Position numbers and translations under genes: made by a program. The notes under the pieces are model-generated. The model was not told the DNA's origin. It did no database searches and saw only the letters and a program-made list of their open reading frames with translations. From assembly GCA_039811685.1 (NCBI GenBank), contig JBDHZC010000001.1, forward strand, positions 192,001 through 256,000: a DNA stretch of 64,000 nucleotides, in the 5' to 3' direction. This document shows, piece after piece, positions 10,884-21,844 of this stretch (position 1 is its first letter; every line of letters starts with the position of its first letter). The DNA is from Armatimonadota bacterium (GTDB lineage Bacteria > Armatimonadota > UBA5829 > DSUL01).

Positions 10884-12566
10884 ATGCGCTTTGTGAGAGC
10901 CTTTGGGTTGCACAAGAGAGTCCTCTTCCTGGGGTGTGTCCTGGCGTGTGTGCTCTGTTTGTTTCAAGGCGCTTTTGGGGCCGAAGGGCGCTTTGCGGTA
11001 CGGGGCATTAAGGGGTTGTGGTGGGACGGTGTTGAGAATTATCGGCTCGCTCTTCCCTGGCTGGCCGAGCACCAGCTCAACTTCCTCATGTTCTGCTACA
11101 CCTCCTTTCCGGCCAGCGCGAAAGACTGGCGCTCGGCTTACTCACCGGATGAGCTGGAAAGTTTCCGAACGTTAGCAGCGCAGGCGAAAGAGCTGCGGGT
11201 GAATCTGTGTCTCTCCTTTAATCCAGCCATCTGGAGCAACCCTCCTTTGGAGTATTCCAGCGATCAGGACTACAGAATCATTCTCGACAAGGTTCTAAGC
11301 GTTCACGAGCGTGGGATTAGCTGGTTCGCACTGTGTCTGGACGATATCAACCGCGATCTTACTCCGTCTGACAAAGAGCGCTTTGGCTCTCTTCAGGCAG
11401 CTCAGGTTTATCTCGTAAACCGCCTTTGGGCAGATATGCAGCGCATGAAGCCGCGTCCGAAGCTTATCTTCTGTCCGAGCGCTTACTCCACTCGGGATAT
11501 GACCCTTCATCCGGACTATATCAAGGCCATTGGCGCTGGAATATCAAAGGATGTTCAGATTTTCTGGACCGGCCCTGAGGTGTGTTCTGCGTCTATTGCC
11601 CGTATAGACGCAGAAAAGGTCGCGCAGTGGTTGCGGCGGAAACCCTTTGTCTGGGACAACTATCCCGTGAATGATATGTACCCGTGGCGGCCGCTTCTTG
11701 CTCCTGTCCAGCATCGCGCGCCTGATCTTGCCGGCGCTGTATCTGGATTTATGGCCAATCCGATGAAGCAGTTCCACGCTTCTACTCTTCCGCTGACGAC
11801 ACTGGCCTGGTATCTGAACGATCCCGCGTCCTACAACTCCGAAACCGCGTCCCAGCGCCTCATTCACGCTTTTCCGCCAGAGACTCGCGGAACAGTCCGT
11901 CTGTTGCTGGAGTTGTACGGCAATTCGTTCTGGGGTGACGGAGCGTTTCCTCCAAGACCGCGCCCTTCCAGCAGAACTGAAGCCAACCGGATGCTGGGGA
12001 GGTATCGTGCCCTGCAAGCCCAGATGCAGACACACCCTGAACTTGCCGCACTATTGAGCGATATACGTCCCACGCTGGAGGAGGATATCCATGAATTGGA
12101 CCATCTGGCTTCGCGGAGGGCGCACGGCGACGGCTTGCTCCTTTTTGGCGATCGTTTCTCCGGTGGTGGCGCGGAGCTTTACGGGCGCAGGCGCGAAGGC
12201 CGCTGGGTCAACTACGTCTACGCTCAGCCAACCGGGCAGGACGAAATGCGGGCGGAGTTTTCACTGAGCGCTGTCCCAAAAGCGGCCGAATTAAGAGTGC
12301 TGGCCTTGAACGACGATTTCGGGAACAGACCGAAGATTAGTGTTAGCATCAATGCCGCGGTTGTATTTGAAGGTGAGTCTCCTTTTACGAGTGAGGCTTT
12401 CTCGGAGCGCCAGTGGAGAATTCCGCCAGGTGCGCTGAAGCCAGGCTCTAACACCATTGCCATCGCCAATCTCGAGACGGTTGGATCTTCCGGGATGCCC
12501 CCATGGTTTATGGTTGCGGAGGCTCAAATCGAGGATGCCGGACAGCCGGACTCACCGGCTAAGTGA
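10884..12566 (+). CDS. Secreted beta-N-acetylglucosaminidase-like protein (GH84/O-GlcNAcase-like) with C-terminal beta-sandwich
   Basis: Signal peptide, catalytic LDDI, FCPSAY, FWTGPEV, WDNYPVND, ANPM motifs. Confidence 0.8.
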   Translation: MRFVRAFGLHKRVLFLGCVLACVLCLFQGAFGAEGRFAVRGIKGLWWDGVENYRLALPWLAEHQLNFLMFCYTSFPASAKDWRSAYSPDELESFRTLAAQAKELRVNLCLSFNPAIWSNPPLEYSSDQDYRIILDKVLSVHERGISWFALCLDDINRDLTPSDKERFGSLQAAQVYLVNRLWADMQRMKPRPKLIFCPSAYSTRDMTLHPDYIKAIGAGISKDVQIFWTGPEVCSASIARIDAEKVAQWLRRKPFVWDNYPVNDMYPWRPLLAPVQHRAPDLAGAVSGFMANPMKQFHASTLPLTTLAWYLNDPASYNSETASQRLIHAFPPETRGTVRLLLELYGNSFWGDGAFPPRPRPSSRTEANRMLGRYRALQAQMQTHPELAALLSDIRPTLEEDIHELDHLASRRAHGDGLLLFGDRFSGGGAELYGRRREGRWVNYVYAQPTGQDEMRAEFSLSAVPKAAELRVLALNDDFGNRPKISVSINAAVVFEGESPFTSEAFSERQWRIPPGALKPGSNTIAIANLETVGSSGMPPWFMVAEAQIEDAGQPDSPAK

Positions 12567-12627
12567 ACACTTCAGTGCGGGTCTGGAGTTTGACAACGGA
12601 TCGGCTGTTTCAATCTGAGGTAACGCT

Positions 12628-13566
12628 TTGAGCGAACAATCTGCTTTGCATACCTTTGCGTGTATCCCTAACTTCAGCGAAGGCCGCAACGAGGCGACAG
12701 TAGAGAGCATCGTCGGCGCTATCTCTGGCAGCGGGGCACGCGTTATGGACTGGTCCATGGACGCCGACCACCATCGCAGTGTTGTCGCCTTCTTTGGAGA
12801 TGCCAGCACCGTTTGTTCCGCTGTCTTCGCCGCAGCCTCCAAAGCGGTTGACCTAATTGATCTGCAAGCGCATAAGGGAGAGCACCCTCGCTTTGGCGCG
12901 ATTGATGTTGTCCCGGTTGTCCCTCTCGGTTCGTCCACTTTTGAGGAAGCGATTGCCCTGAGTGCAGGCATTGGGGAGAACCTCGGCAAAAGCCTCGGGT
13001 TACCGGTCTTCCTTTACGAGCGTAGCGCAACAGATGAGCGTCGGCGGGATCTCGCTGAGGTGCGAAGGCTCCGCAACGCCGGCACAGACGCGGATTTGAG
13101 GAACGCTCTGTCGCCGGATTTTGGACCACGCCGGTTCCACCCGACGGCCGGCGCCGTAGCCGTCGGCGCCCGTGACCCGCTCATCGCCTACAACGTAAAT
13201 TTAGAAACATCGGACGTGTCCGCAGCAAAGGATATCGCCGCCTCGTTGCGCAAGAGGCGAGACTCTGGTCTGGGAATGGCAGGTGTCAAAGCTCTCGCAA
13301 TATATCTGGAAAGCCGCTCCGTTGCGCAGGTGTCAACCAACATAACGAGGCCTGATGTATGCCGGCCGAGAGAGGTGTTTGATGCGGTGCGTCGTCTGTC
13401 CGGCGAACTCGGCGTGGCGCTGCGGGAGTCAGAGCTGATTGGGATTGTGTCCCGGGATCATCTTTCGTTGGAAGACGTCAGCCACATGCGCTTCGCGGGG
13501 CTGAGAGAGACACAGTTTCTGGAGTACTGGGGACAGCGCTACAGCGCAGAGTGCAAAGAATCTTAG
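12628..13566 (+). CDS. ftcD: Glutamate formimidoyltransferase
   Basis: CIPNFSEGR, DADHHRSV, HKGEHPRFGAIDVVP, GARxxLIAYNVNL, QVSTN, ESELIG. Confidence 0.88.
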   Translation: MSEQSALHTFACIPNFSEGRNEATVESIVGAISGSGARVMDWSMDADHHRSVVAFFGDASTVCSAVFAAASKAVDLIDLQAHKGEHPRFGAIDVVPVVPLGSSTFEEAIALSAGIGENLGKSLGLPVFLYERSATDERRRDLAEVRRLRNAGTDADLRNALSPDFGPRRFHPTAGAVAVGARDPLIAYNVNLETSDVSAAKDIAASLRKRRDSGLGMAGVKALAIYLESRSVAQVSTNITRPDVCRPREVFDAVRRLSGELGVALRESELIGIVSRDHLSLEDVSHMRFAGLRETQFLEYWGQRYSAECKES

Positions 13567-13568
13567 CT

Positions 13569-15521
13569 CTAAATAAACACCCTGTACGTCTGGATACCCA
13601 GTACTGGGCCGATGATAGCCCAGATGCTTCCCATAACATAGTCCCCGAGGATAAGCCCAAGGAAGAAGGGGACGGCGGCGTTGTGAAACTTCATACCGCC
13701 ATACCGGACAATGAGCGATTTAGCAACCCACGCCAGAAAGAATGCGAACCAGAAGTAATTCATGGCAAAGCTAACCGCCAGCGCATACCCCGCCGGATGA
13801 AACGGGAAGTCGATTGACGCCAGCCTTAGACTGCGCAGACTGACCACCACGGCCAGACCGGCAACCATCGCAATGATGCGCGGGACGCTGGGGCTCTCTG
13901 GATTTTTCAGCCAGGTCATCAGTTTGTCGCGGAAGGATTCTGTCCCAAGCCACCATTTGAAACCCAGCGCTTTGGAAGATGCGCCAGCTTCGTACGTCAC
14001 CTGGAGGTTAGCCCAGTAGGTGACGGCAATGCCCACCACCAATGCCAGCGCAAGCACACCAACCATTTTCCGGCGGTGGATTTTCGCATATTCAGCCATC
14101 TTGAAGGATTCCATCATGTTCGGCATCGGGTGGCAGCGCATTCCGCGTTGAAACCAGTACATTGTGCAGATGGCTGTCAGGCTTTGTGGATGCCCGCCGA
14201 GAGTTGTTCCAAAGGTGTTAGTGAGGATTGTCTGCGGGTTGACAAAGTAGATTTCGTGCGGTGTGCCCAACTCAGCGCGCACTCGAGTAATGGTGAGGCT
14301 CAGCAGAAGGTAGATGCCGAAGAAGAGAATGGCGATCCACCACGCTATGCCCAGCAGCATACTCCAGAATGCGAGAAATGCGCACCCCAGAGCAATTGTA
14401 CCCAGCGCTATCCGATAGTCTCTGGCTTCCCCAGCTTCGTGCTCCGGCTCTGTTCCTACTGCCTGCCTCCAGACACTCTTGAGGTAGTGCCGGGCGCCCC
14501 AGACGATCGTCATACCCAGCCCAAGCCAGGCGCCTGCGGCCTGTTCGCCAAAGAACGGGAAACCTACATTCGTTGCCGCATCCCACCCCTGCGTTCTGCC
14601 CAGCACTTTGAAAAGCTGACTCAGCACGAAGAAAAACCAGCACGAAAAGCTGAGATCAAGCGGGATGAAGAACGCAATTCCAATCGCGAATGGATACATA
14701 GAAATCGGAAGGTATCCCACGGCATTCCAGGGAGGGCTGGAGAACATGGTTCCTATGTCGTACTGCTTGACGGCTGGCAGCCAGGGGAGTTGCGGGTAAA
14801 GCGTGTGCATTCCGTTGACAAACGTAATTGTCGCCGCCACAGCAAAGCCGTACCACAGCGCCTTCATGTTGAAAATGCCTCCGCCCTCCGCGCTGGCGGC
14901 CATGGCAACCGGGAGCTGAATGAGCGGAAACACGAGCTTTTCGTTCTGTGTCCAAGCCCGCCGCAGGATTACTGAGGCTGCCAGCATCATTGAGAGCAGT
15001 GCCACCAGGAAGATGCCCCACATCGAAAGTGGGAGTACCCAGAAGCGCCACAAGCCGCTCGTCCAGGGGTTGGTATTGCCGATGTAGAAATCCTTCAGAG
15101 CCAGCTCATCGCGCACAAAGAGGAACTTTGGAAGAAAACGAAAGAACAGCTTCTGGTACTCATTTTCCGGGGAGGCGTAGTAGTAAGGGTGGGTGATTGC
15201 GCCGAACATATTCTGAAGCATGTCGTGCCCTGAGAGGACGCAGCTCACCACCAGCATCACGTACACGACCGTCAGCTCCGCGCGGTTGAGCGCGTGACGC
15301 GGACGCAGCTTGAGCGCGAGCAGATTTAGCAGGCAAAGAACAAAGAGAATAAAAACCGGAGTAATGAAGAGTGGGAGGGAGGTGCCGTCCAGCGTGTACC
15401 AGCGCACCTCGACAATTGTAACCCAGTAGGTGTTGACAGGCGTGAGAAGCAGGCCTAGAAGGATCGCCCGCCACGTTACGCCAGAGACCGTCTGTTCCGC
15501 CTGTGTTTGAACTCGTTCCAA
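13569..15521 (-). CDS. Polytopic membrane protein, DUF6785-like (putative OPT-superfamily-like transporter)
   Basis: 650 aa with many TM segments. ExLxFPLxQLP, RVRAELG, FHPAGY, PFFLGLILGD motifs. Confidence 0.7.
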   Translation of the reverse strand: MERVQTQAEQTVSGVTWRAILLGLLLTPVNTYWVTIVEVRWYTLDGTSLPLFITPVFILFVLCLLNLLALKLRPRHALNRAELTVVYVMLVVSCVLSGHDMLQNMFGAITHPYYYASPENEYQKLFFRFLPKFLFVRDELALKDFYIGNTNPWTSGLWRFWVLPLSMWGIFLVALLSMMLAASVILRRAWTQNEKLVFPLIQLPVAMAASAEGGGIFNMKALWYGFAVAATITFVNGMHTLYPQLPWLPAVKQYDIGTMFSSPPWNAVGYLPISMYPFAIGIAFFIPLDLSFSCWFFFVLSQLFKVLGRTQGWDAATNVGFPFFGEQAAGAWLGLGMTIVWGARHYLKSVWRQAVGTEPEHEAGEARDYRIALGTIALGCAFLAFWSMLLGIAWWIAILFFGIYLLLSLTITRVRAELGTPHEIYFVNPQTILTNTFGTTLGGHPQSLTAICTMYWFQRGMRCHPMPNMMESFKMAEYAKIHRRKMVGVLALALVVGIAVTYWANLQVTYEAGASSKALGFKWWLGTESFRDKLMTWLKNPESPSVPRIIAMVAGLAVVVSLRSLRLASIDFPFHPAGYALAVSFAMNYFWFAFFLAWVAKSLIVRYGGMKFHNAAVPFFLGLILGDYVMGSIWAIIGPVLGIQTYRVFI

Positions 15522-15655
15522 ACCGTAACTGTATTGTTCAGGCTGCTGGGAGTTTCCTGCAGGGGCTGGGAAGCAAGCTCAGCATTGCCTGAGCCTGTTG
15601 GCGCAGGTATACTCCGTACCGGCGTACCTCACTTTTTTACGGGAGAGTTTTTATC

Positions 15656-16486
15656 GTGGCTACAACACCCACTGACCTGCCTTCTATGACGGGCGACTAC
15701 ACACTGACGGATGAACAGATTGCTGCGTATCAGCGCGACGGGCACATTCATCTGAAGCAAGTTGCGACACCGGATGAACTGAAGCTCTGGGAACCCATTT
15801 TTGCAGATATTGTGCGACAGCAGCAAACCGAAGTGCGGCCACTTGAAGAGAGAGATACCTACGGCAAGGCTTTCCTCCAGATCATAAACCTCTGGCAGAA
15901 TCACGAGTCAGTTCGCGCTTTTGTGCTTTCGCCGCGCTTCGCTAAAATTGCAGCTCAACTCATGCAGGTGGATGGCGTGCGAATCTATCACGACCAGGCG
16001 CTGTTCAAAGAGCCGGGCGGGGGACTCACTCCCTGGCATCAGGATCAATACTACTGGCCGTTAGACGGCGCAAAGACCATCACCATGTGGATGCCGCTTG
16101 TGGACGTCCCGCCGGAGATGGGCGCGCTTACGTTTGCCAGCGGCTCTCATACAGAGGGTTTTCTCGGACATATCAGGATCTCGGATGACTCGGAAGAACA
16201 CTTCAGTAAGTATGTAAATGACAACGGCTATCCGGTCGTGCGGGAACCACTGGCTCTCGGAGATGCGACGTTTCATTCCGGATGGACGCTGCATTGCGCC
16301 CCTGGTAACGACACGGACAGGATGCGGGAAGTTCAGACCATCATCTATTTTGAGGACGGCGCCCACGTGTCCACACCAGACAACCCGAACAGGGAGAATG
16401 ATCTGGCGTGCTGGTTACCCGGACTCAAGCCCGGTGACAAGGCGGCAAGCGCAATCAACCCGGTGGTCTGGCAGAAAGCTGACTGA
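15656..16486 (+). CDS. Phytanoyl-CoA dioxygenase (PhyH) family Fe/2OG dioxygenase
   Basis: DQALFKEPGGGxTPWHQD (HxD), TMWMPL, FHSGWTLH. Confidence 0.88.
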   Translation: MATTPTDLPSMTGDYTLTDEQIAAYQRDGHIHLKQVATPDELKLWEPIFADIVRQQQTEVRPLEERDTYGKAFLQIINLWQNHESVRAFVLSPRFAKIAAQLMQVDGVRIYHDQALFKEPGGGLTPWHQDQYYWPLDGAKTITMWMPLVDVPPEMGALTFASGSHTEGFLGHIRISDDSEEHFSKYVNDNGYPVVREPLALGDATFHSGWTLHCAPGNDTDRMREVQTIIYFEDGAHVSTPDNPNRENDLACWLPGLKPGDKAASAINPVVWQKAD

Positions 16487-16628
16487 TCTGCGGGTTTCCA
16501 GCTACCTGTTCCAGCGCTGATCCAAGGGTGGTCTGCCTGGGCTTTCGCATTCTCTGCGCTGGTTTCCATCCGCAATCCGTCCGACTTGTGACGGCAAGTC
16601 TTGTCGCCAGGTACTTTGGACATATGTC

Positions 16629-16657
16629 TTGACAACGGACGCCTGAAAGCAGACAAT
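16629..16657 (+). promoter_or_regulatory. Putative sigma70 promoter for the prepilin-domain gene
   Basis: TTGACA-17 bp-GACAAT. Confidence 0.5.
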
Positions 16658-16790
16658 GGAGTCGCAGTCGCATGTAAATTGCAGAGGCTGGACAACCATG
16701 AATGCAGCAACGACGTTCTGTAAACCTCGCCGCTCAGCCAAAATCGGTGGCCTTTGTGCCTTGCCACTTGTCAGGTCCAAAGGGATACCG

Positions 16791-17426
16791 GTGAGTTTAC
16801 ACACCAAAAGTGGACCCTGCTCACACAAGGACTCTCCGTCGCGGCGCAGGTGCGGTTTTACGCTCATTGAGCTTCTTGTCGTAATCGCGATAATCGCAAT
16901 TCTGGCTGCAATTCTGTTTCCCGTCTTTGTCAGCGCGCGCGAGTCGGCAAGAAGGAGCAAGTGCGTTAGCAATCTGAAACAACTCGGATTGATGCTGCAG
17001 CAGTACGCTGACGACTACAAGGGAAAGCTGCCGCCGTATTCGTCTTCAGCAATGCCGGATATGAGAGCTATGCGCACCGTGTGTCAGGTGTATGGAAAAG
17101 GAGAGAAACTCTGGCAGTGCCCTAGCGACCACGGGTACGATTACCCTCCTCCTCAACGCCCGGTCAAGCCTAGCTTTTACGTTTATGCCGGTAGCAGCTA
17201 CCTCTACAATGGCTATATCTACGGCTCTGCACAGCCAGCGAACAAACCTAAAACACTGACAACCTGTACGAACTCAGCCAAACTGATTCTCTTCTGGGAC
17301 TGGGTGTCACATCCGTATGAGACCACGTGGTGGCAGCAAACCGTTTTTGGAGATGGCCACGTAAAGGCGCTGACCAATCAGCAGCTTTATGATGGGGTGG
17401 TGCTGGAGACTCCCGGGCTGTGGTGA
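16791..17426 (+). CDS. Prepilin-type N-terminal cleavage/methylation domain protein (DUF1559/H-X9-DG-like); start uncertain
   Basis: [44 protein letters not shown]-terminal H...FGDGHVK. GTG at 16791 chosen; the ORF is open from 16656. Confidence 0.85.
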   Translation: MSLHTKSGPCSHKDSPSRRRCGFTLIELLVVIAIIAILAAILFPVFVSARESARRSKCVSNLKQLGLMLQQYADDYKGKLPPYSSSAMPDMRAMRTVCQVYGKGEKLWQCPSDHGYDYPPPQRPVKPSFYVYAGSSYLYNGYIYGSAQPANKPKTLTTCTNSAKLILFWDWVSHPYETTWWQQTVFGDGHVKALTNQQLYDGVVLETPGLW

Positions 17427-17718
17427 GAAGGGCCTGACCCTTCGACGCCCTTCCGTGGACTGCCGGTGACGCTCCGCCCGAAATGTCGCTTATCGTTCGG
17501 CAGCTTTGCGCTGCACATGGTGTGGTCACCTATCCCGGTTATCAGCTATCCTCAACCACAAAACGAACGTACTCATGTCCCATTTCCCGCCAGTCGACTG
17601 CGGCCTGTCGGCGGCTGGAATACGGCCACACTGTCCGTCAGCAGCACCGCAAGAGTTTGGTGTCAGTTGCCGTGGCGCAGTGCGCCGTTCAAATCACACT
17701 TCAGGAGCCTGATACAGC

Positions 17719-19119
17719 ATGCCAACGTCCAAAACTGATACGCGCATAGAATCTGACAGCATGGGTCAGATTGAAGTCCCGGCGCATCGTTACTGGGGAG
17801 CGCAGACGCAGCGCTCATTGAAGCATTTTGCGATTGGCAACGACGTGATGCCCCGGGAGCTTATACGCGCTTTCGGTATTCTCAAGCAGGCTGCCGCAGA
17901 AGTCAACCGGGATCTCGGAAAGCTCGACGAGGAGAAGGCTGGTCTGATCACCGCCGCTGCTCAGGAGGTGATTGACGGAAAGCTTGACGAGGAGTTTCCG
18001 CTGCGCATCTGGCAGACGGGCAGCGGCACACAGACCAATATGAACTCTAACGAGGTCATAGCTAACCGCGCCATCGAGATTGCGGGCGGAGAGCCAGGGT
18101 CCAAGAAGCCCGTCCACCCGAACGACCACGTCAATATGTCTCAGTCGTCCAATGACACTTTCCCCACTGCAATGCATATCGCCGCAGCAGAACAGATCGT
18201 TCATTCCCTCTTGCCCGCCGCCCAAAAGCTGCGAGACGCTCTTGATGTGAAGGGTCGCGAATTTCAGAATATCATCAAAATCGGACGTACGCACCTGATG
18301 GACGCGGTGCCATTGACGATGGGGCAGGAGTTTTCTGGATGGGTATCTCAGATTGACGCCGATATCCAGCGTCTGCAGATGATTTTACCAGGGCTGTTTG
18401 AGCTTGCTGCTGGCGGTACGGCCGTTGGTACAGGCTTGAATACTCATCCAGAGTTTGCCAGTCGCGTTGCTGGCAAGATTGCAGACAAGACCGCCCTGCC
18501 TTTTGTCACTGCGCCAAACAAATTTGCTGCCCTGGCCGGGCACGATGCCGTAGTTATGGCCAGCGGAGCATTGAAGACTCTCGCCTGCTCGCTAATGAAA
18601 ATTGCCAACGACATTCGGTGGTTGGCTTCCGGTCCGCGTTGTGGGCTGGGTGAGCTTTCGCTGCCAGAAAATGAGCCCGGTTCGTCCATTATGCCGGGCA
18701 AGGTCAATCCCACACAGTGCGAGGCTATGACGATGGTGTGTGTTCAGGTGCTCGGAAACGATGCGGCAATTGGCTTCGCTGGAACGCAGGGCAACTTTGA
18801 GCTGAATGTTTTCAAGCCGGTGATGATTCACAATTTGTTGCACTCAGTGCGCCTGCTTTCTGATGCCTGCAACAGCTTCACAGATCACATGGTCGTTGGG
18901 ATTCAAGCCAACGAAGCTCGGATCAAGTCATTTTTGGACAACTCCCTCATGCTCGTCACCGCACTCAGCCCTCAAATTGGTTACGATCGGGCGGCCGAGG
19001 TCGCGCACAAGGCTCATCACGAGCACTCTTCGCTCAAAGAGGCGGCTGTATCGCTGGGTTATTTGACCGCGGAGGAGTTTGACGCCGCCGTGCGCCCGGA
19101 AGAAATGCTTGGGCCCTGA
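17719..19119 (+). CDS. fumC: Fumarate hydratase class II
   Basis: [19 protein letters not shown], signature [11 protein letters not shown]. Confidence 0.98.
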   Translation: MPTSKTDTRIESDSMGQIEVPAHRYWGAQTQRSLKHFAIGNDVMPRELIRAFGILKQAAAEVNRDLGKLDEEKAGLITAAAQEVIDGKLDEEFPLRIWQTGSGTQTNMNSNEVIANRAIEIAGGEPGSKKPVHPNDHVNMSQSSNDTFPTAMHIAAAEQIVHSLLPAAQKLRDALDVKGREFQNIIKIGRTHLMDAVPLTMGQEFSGWVSQIDADIQRLQMILPGLFELAAGGTAVGTGLNTHPEFASRVAGKIADKTALPFVTAPNKFAALAGHDAVVMASGALKTLACSLMKIANDIRWLASGPRCGLGELSLPENEPGSSIMPGKVNPTQCEAMTMVCVQVLGNDAAIGFAGTQGNFELNVFKPVMIHNLLHSVRLLSDACNSFTDHMVVGIQANEARIKSFLDNSLMLVTALSPQIGYDRAAEVAHKAHHEHSSLKEAAVSLGYLTAEEFDAAVRPEEMLGP

Positions 19120-19140
19120 CTACTGTAAATCAGAGACGAC

Positions 19141-19764
19141 ATGGACGACACGCACGACACACATTGTGACAAAGGAACGGAGGATGCTGGACGCCTGCGC
19201 CGCAGGCTGAGCCGGCTGCGCTTTCCCGCGTTCAATCATCACAGCCATCCACCAGTTCAGAACGCCAACGATGTCTATGAAAGCCGCCTGAGCTTACTGG
19301 ACAAACTGGCCGTGTACATAACGGATCACGTCGGGTCTATCGGCTTCTTCATCATTATCCTGGCCTGGACTCTCATCTGGACGGGATACAACGCCCTGGC
19401 TACTGAGTTCAAAGCGCTGCACTGGAAGGCCTTCGATCCATACCCGGCGTTTGTTGTCTATCTACTGATCAGCAACGTGATCCAGATACTCTTGATGCCT
19501 TTGATTATGGTGGGACAGAATATTCAGGGGCGCCACAGCGAAACGCGTGCGGATCTGGATTTCGAAGTGAACATGAAGGCGGAAAAAGAGGTGGCATTCC
19601 TCCTGAAGCACCTTCGTTATAATACCGACCTGTTGCTGCGGCTTATGGCGCACGTAGAGTGTCATCTCTCAGACGAGGAGATAGCGCAGATAGGGGAAGA
19701 GCTCGAGAGTCTGAAGGAAGTGGCAAATGCCGATCCTCCACCTCTTGCAGCGGCCGACTCCTGA
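19141..19764 (+). CDS. DUF1003 domain membrane protein
   Basis: VGS.GF, FDPYP, PLIMVGQN, D.EVN.KAE.E motifs. Confidence 0.8.
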   Translation: MDDTHDTHCDKGTEDAGRLRRRLSRLRFPAFNHHSHPPVQNANDVYESRLSLLDKLAVYITDHVGSIGFFIIILAWTLIWTGYNALATEFKALHWKAFDPYPAFVVYLLISNVIQILLMPLIMVGQNIQGRHSETRADLDFEVNMKAEKEVAFLLKHLRYNTDLLLRLMAHVECHLSDEEIAQIGEELESLKEVANADPPPLAAADS

Positions 19765-20234
19765 ATATCCCGTTTGCGGTTCAGCCCCACACAGGGTCAT
19801 GTGACACTGTCATCGCGGTATGTCGTCCGCCGCAGACCTTCAGATGGCTCAGTTTGCTACGGCGCTCGTTTTTCCCCGGCGAGCTTCAACTGGAGACTGA
19901 TACAAGCGAGGCTAAGCCAGCGAATTCTGAAAGGGCCGGCTCTGCGTTTCAGCGCTCCCTGATTTTGTGCGTGATGTGTCAACGTAGTCGTTGAATCTAT
20001 GCCTGAGGTATGACGTGAGAGGTTTGCGTTCTGGTCGAGACCAAGGACATTTCATTCGTTCTCTTGACGCTAATTAGCTGCAAATCTATAATAGTCTTAC
20101 AGCATCGGGAATGCAGCGATACTCCAGCTGCGGTTTCAGCGTATAGTTCGTCGCGTTCGGACGATCATGTTTCAGCTGGATCAGTACTGTGCACAGCACC
20201 TTGCTTGATGGAATAGCACCAGGAAGCACTACAA

Positions 20235-21122
20235 ATGAGCAGGTCGAGCATGGTTCGATGTCGAGAATGTGGCGCACCTAATCCGGCTAGGCTCACCGCC
20301 TGTTACAACTGCCAGACAGAACTGACTGCACCATCTGTTCCGGACTCCACACCTGATCCGCCACCGGAACTCACACCAGACATCAGCTCCCAGCCGGAGA
20401 GCCGCAAAGCTGTAGTTCCCAGCGAGATTATTATACCTCTCCCTGTTAGCGTAGCCCTTGAGTCAGTAGCCAGAATGTTAGATCGAGTCGGTCAGGTAAC
20501 GGAGGTCGACAGTGAGAACCAGATAGTTGACGGAGGAGTTGCCTACGGTATCTGCGCAGTCGCTATTCGTCTATGTCTAGCCGAGTATAGTGCGGAGTCG
20601 ACACTGGTCTCCATTCAGGCGTTCGGTGGTGACATCTGGGGAACGGCTGCAAGGGGTGCTACACGTCGCATTCTCGCGGCGTTGGCTAATTTTAATATGC
20701 CTATCAGAGAGACGGAGAGCCCCCCAACCGTTTCGTGGGTAGCGATTGTAGGGCTTGTGCTTGTGTGTTTCTCTATCGCAATGCTGTCGCTAATACGAGC
20801 AGACAATTCCGGCGACAGCCCAGATGAATACAGGTCTAACTCAACTGACAATAACCGTGCCATGAGTACACCACCCAGCGCTCCAAATATACCCTCTGAA
20901 GAGATTGCGGCAGTTCACATTTACGCTGCTGAAAACGCCAACATGGCAGCGTTGTTGGCTGGCAACGCCGTCACGCAGAGTAAGTTCACACTGGTGCTCG
21001 ATGCAACGACTCGATACGGAGAGCATTTCGGCAAGCTCATAGCTAGGCACATAGACAGACATGAAACTCACACTTGCTCGTTTCCTCACAGCAGAGACAC
21101 ATACGGATACGACGATAGGTAG
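20235..21122 (+). CDS. Hypothetical zinc-ribbon membrane protein
   Basis: N-terminal CRECG..N....CYNC, Pro-rich linker, one TM helix. Visibly more AT-rich than its neighbours. Confidence 0.6.
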   Translation: MSRSSMVRCRECGAPNPARLTACYNCQTELTAPSVPDSTPDPPPELTPDISSQPESRKAVVPSEIIIPLPVSVALESVARMLDRVGQVTEVDSENQIVDGGVAYGICAVAIRLCLAEYSAESTLVSIQAFGGDIWGTAARGATRRILAALANFNMPIRETESPPTVSWVAIVGLVLVCFSIAMLSLIRADNSGDSPDEYRSNSTDNNRAMSTPPSAPNIPSEEIAAVHIYAAENANMAALLAGNAVTQSKFTLVLDATTRYGEHFGKLIARHIDRHETHTCSFPHSRDTYGYDDR

Positions 21123-21271
21123 ATTGGGCGTGACAATAATCTGAGTGTCTAGCAGAACTAATATTGAGGCTTTCGAATTTTCAGTACTGTGGTGTACTTC
21201 GCGGCTTGACAGATGGCGCTTCTGCGCGCAGGTTCTTAGCGGATCGTAAGCACGTGGTAGGAGAATAGCAG

Positions 21272-21577
21272 ATGTGCCGACATATAGGAAGACTTTGTTC
21301 GGTCGCTCTAATACTGGTCCTGGTCGCGCAGAAGGTTTGTTGGGCGAACTCTGGATTCACCTTTCACGACGATCCAGTCGCTGGGGAGTTACGCTTTGCC
21401 AATAGGCACTTCGAACTCGCGTTGTCCAGAGAGAACGGTGCGATCGTCCGGATCGTGGACAGATCACGTGGGAAGCTGGCCTGCACCGGGCAGGCAGCAG
21501 GCTGCCTCTGGCGCGCGCAGATTAACGGTGGAGAGGGGCGCGGGGGTGCGGATTACACACGCCGTGAGCAGAACGGG
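21272..21577 (+). pseudogene. Truncated secreted protein N-terminus, fused in frame to an IS110 fragment
   Basis: AGGAG RBS, signal peptide and beta-strand-rich start (FELALSRENGAIVRI); the sequence turns transposase-like at about residue 103. Confidence 0.55.
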
Positions 21578-21844
21578 CGCTCGTGCAACCAGCACCTCAG
21601 ACAAGCGTTACACATGGCCAGCCTTGTAGCTGTGAGAATAGCCCCCTGGGCGAGAGAACTTTTCGACCGGCTGCGCAACGAGGGCAAGACCTACGGCCGC
21701 GCCCTGAGAGCTGTAGGCGAGCAACTCCTGGAAATACTCTATGTCCTTCTCACGCGCCGGACACGCTATGACGAGGGCTACCATATGCGGATGAAGGCGT
21801 TGCACGGCAGCATAATCGCAGCCCGAGTTTGACATAGAGAGTCC
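21578..21844 (+). mobile_element. IS110-family element remnant (recombinase C-terminus plus short right end)
   Basis: RSCNQHLRQALH...PWARELFDRLRNEGKTYGRALRAVG..LLEILYVLL.RRT.YDE matches the IS110 C-terminal pattern. The stop codon overlaps TTGACA (21829-21834), a -35 box of the kind found in IS110 right ends. Confidence 0.75.

Noticed and set aside
20101..20116. CGGGAATG resembling the palindrome left arm
   Set aside because: Only an 8-bp match with no partner arm; compatible with chance.
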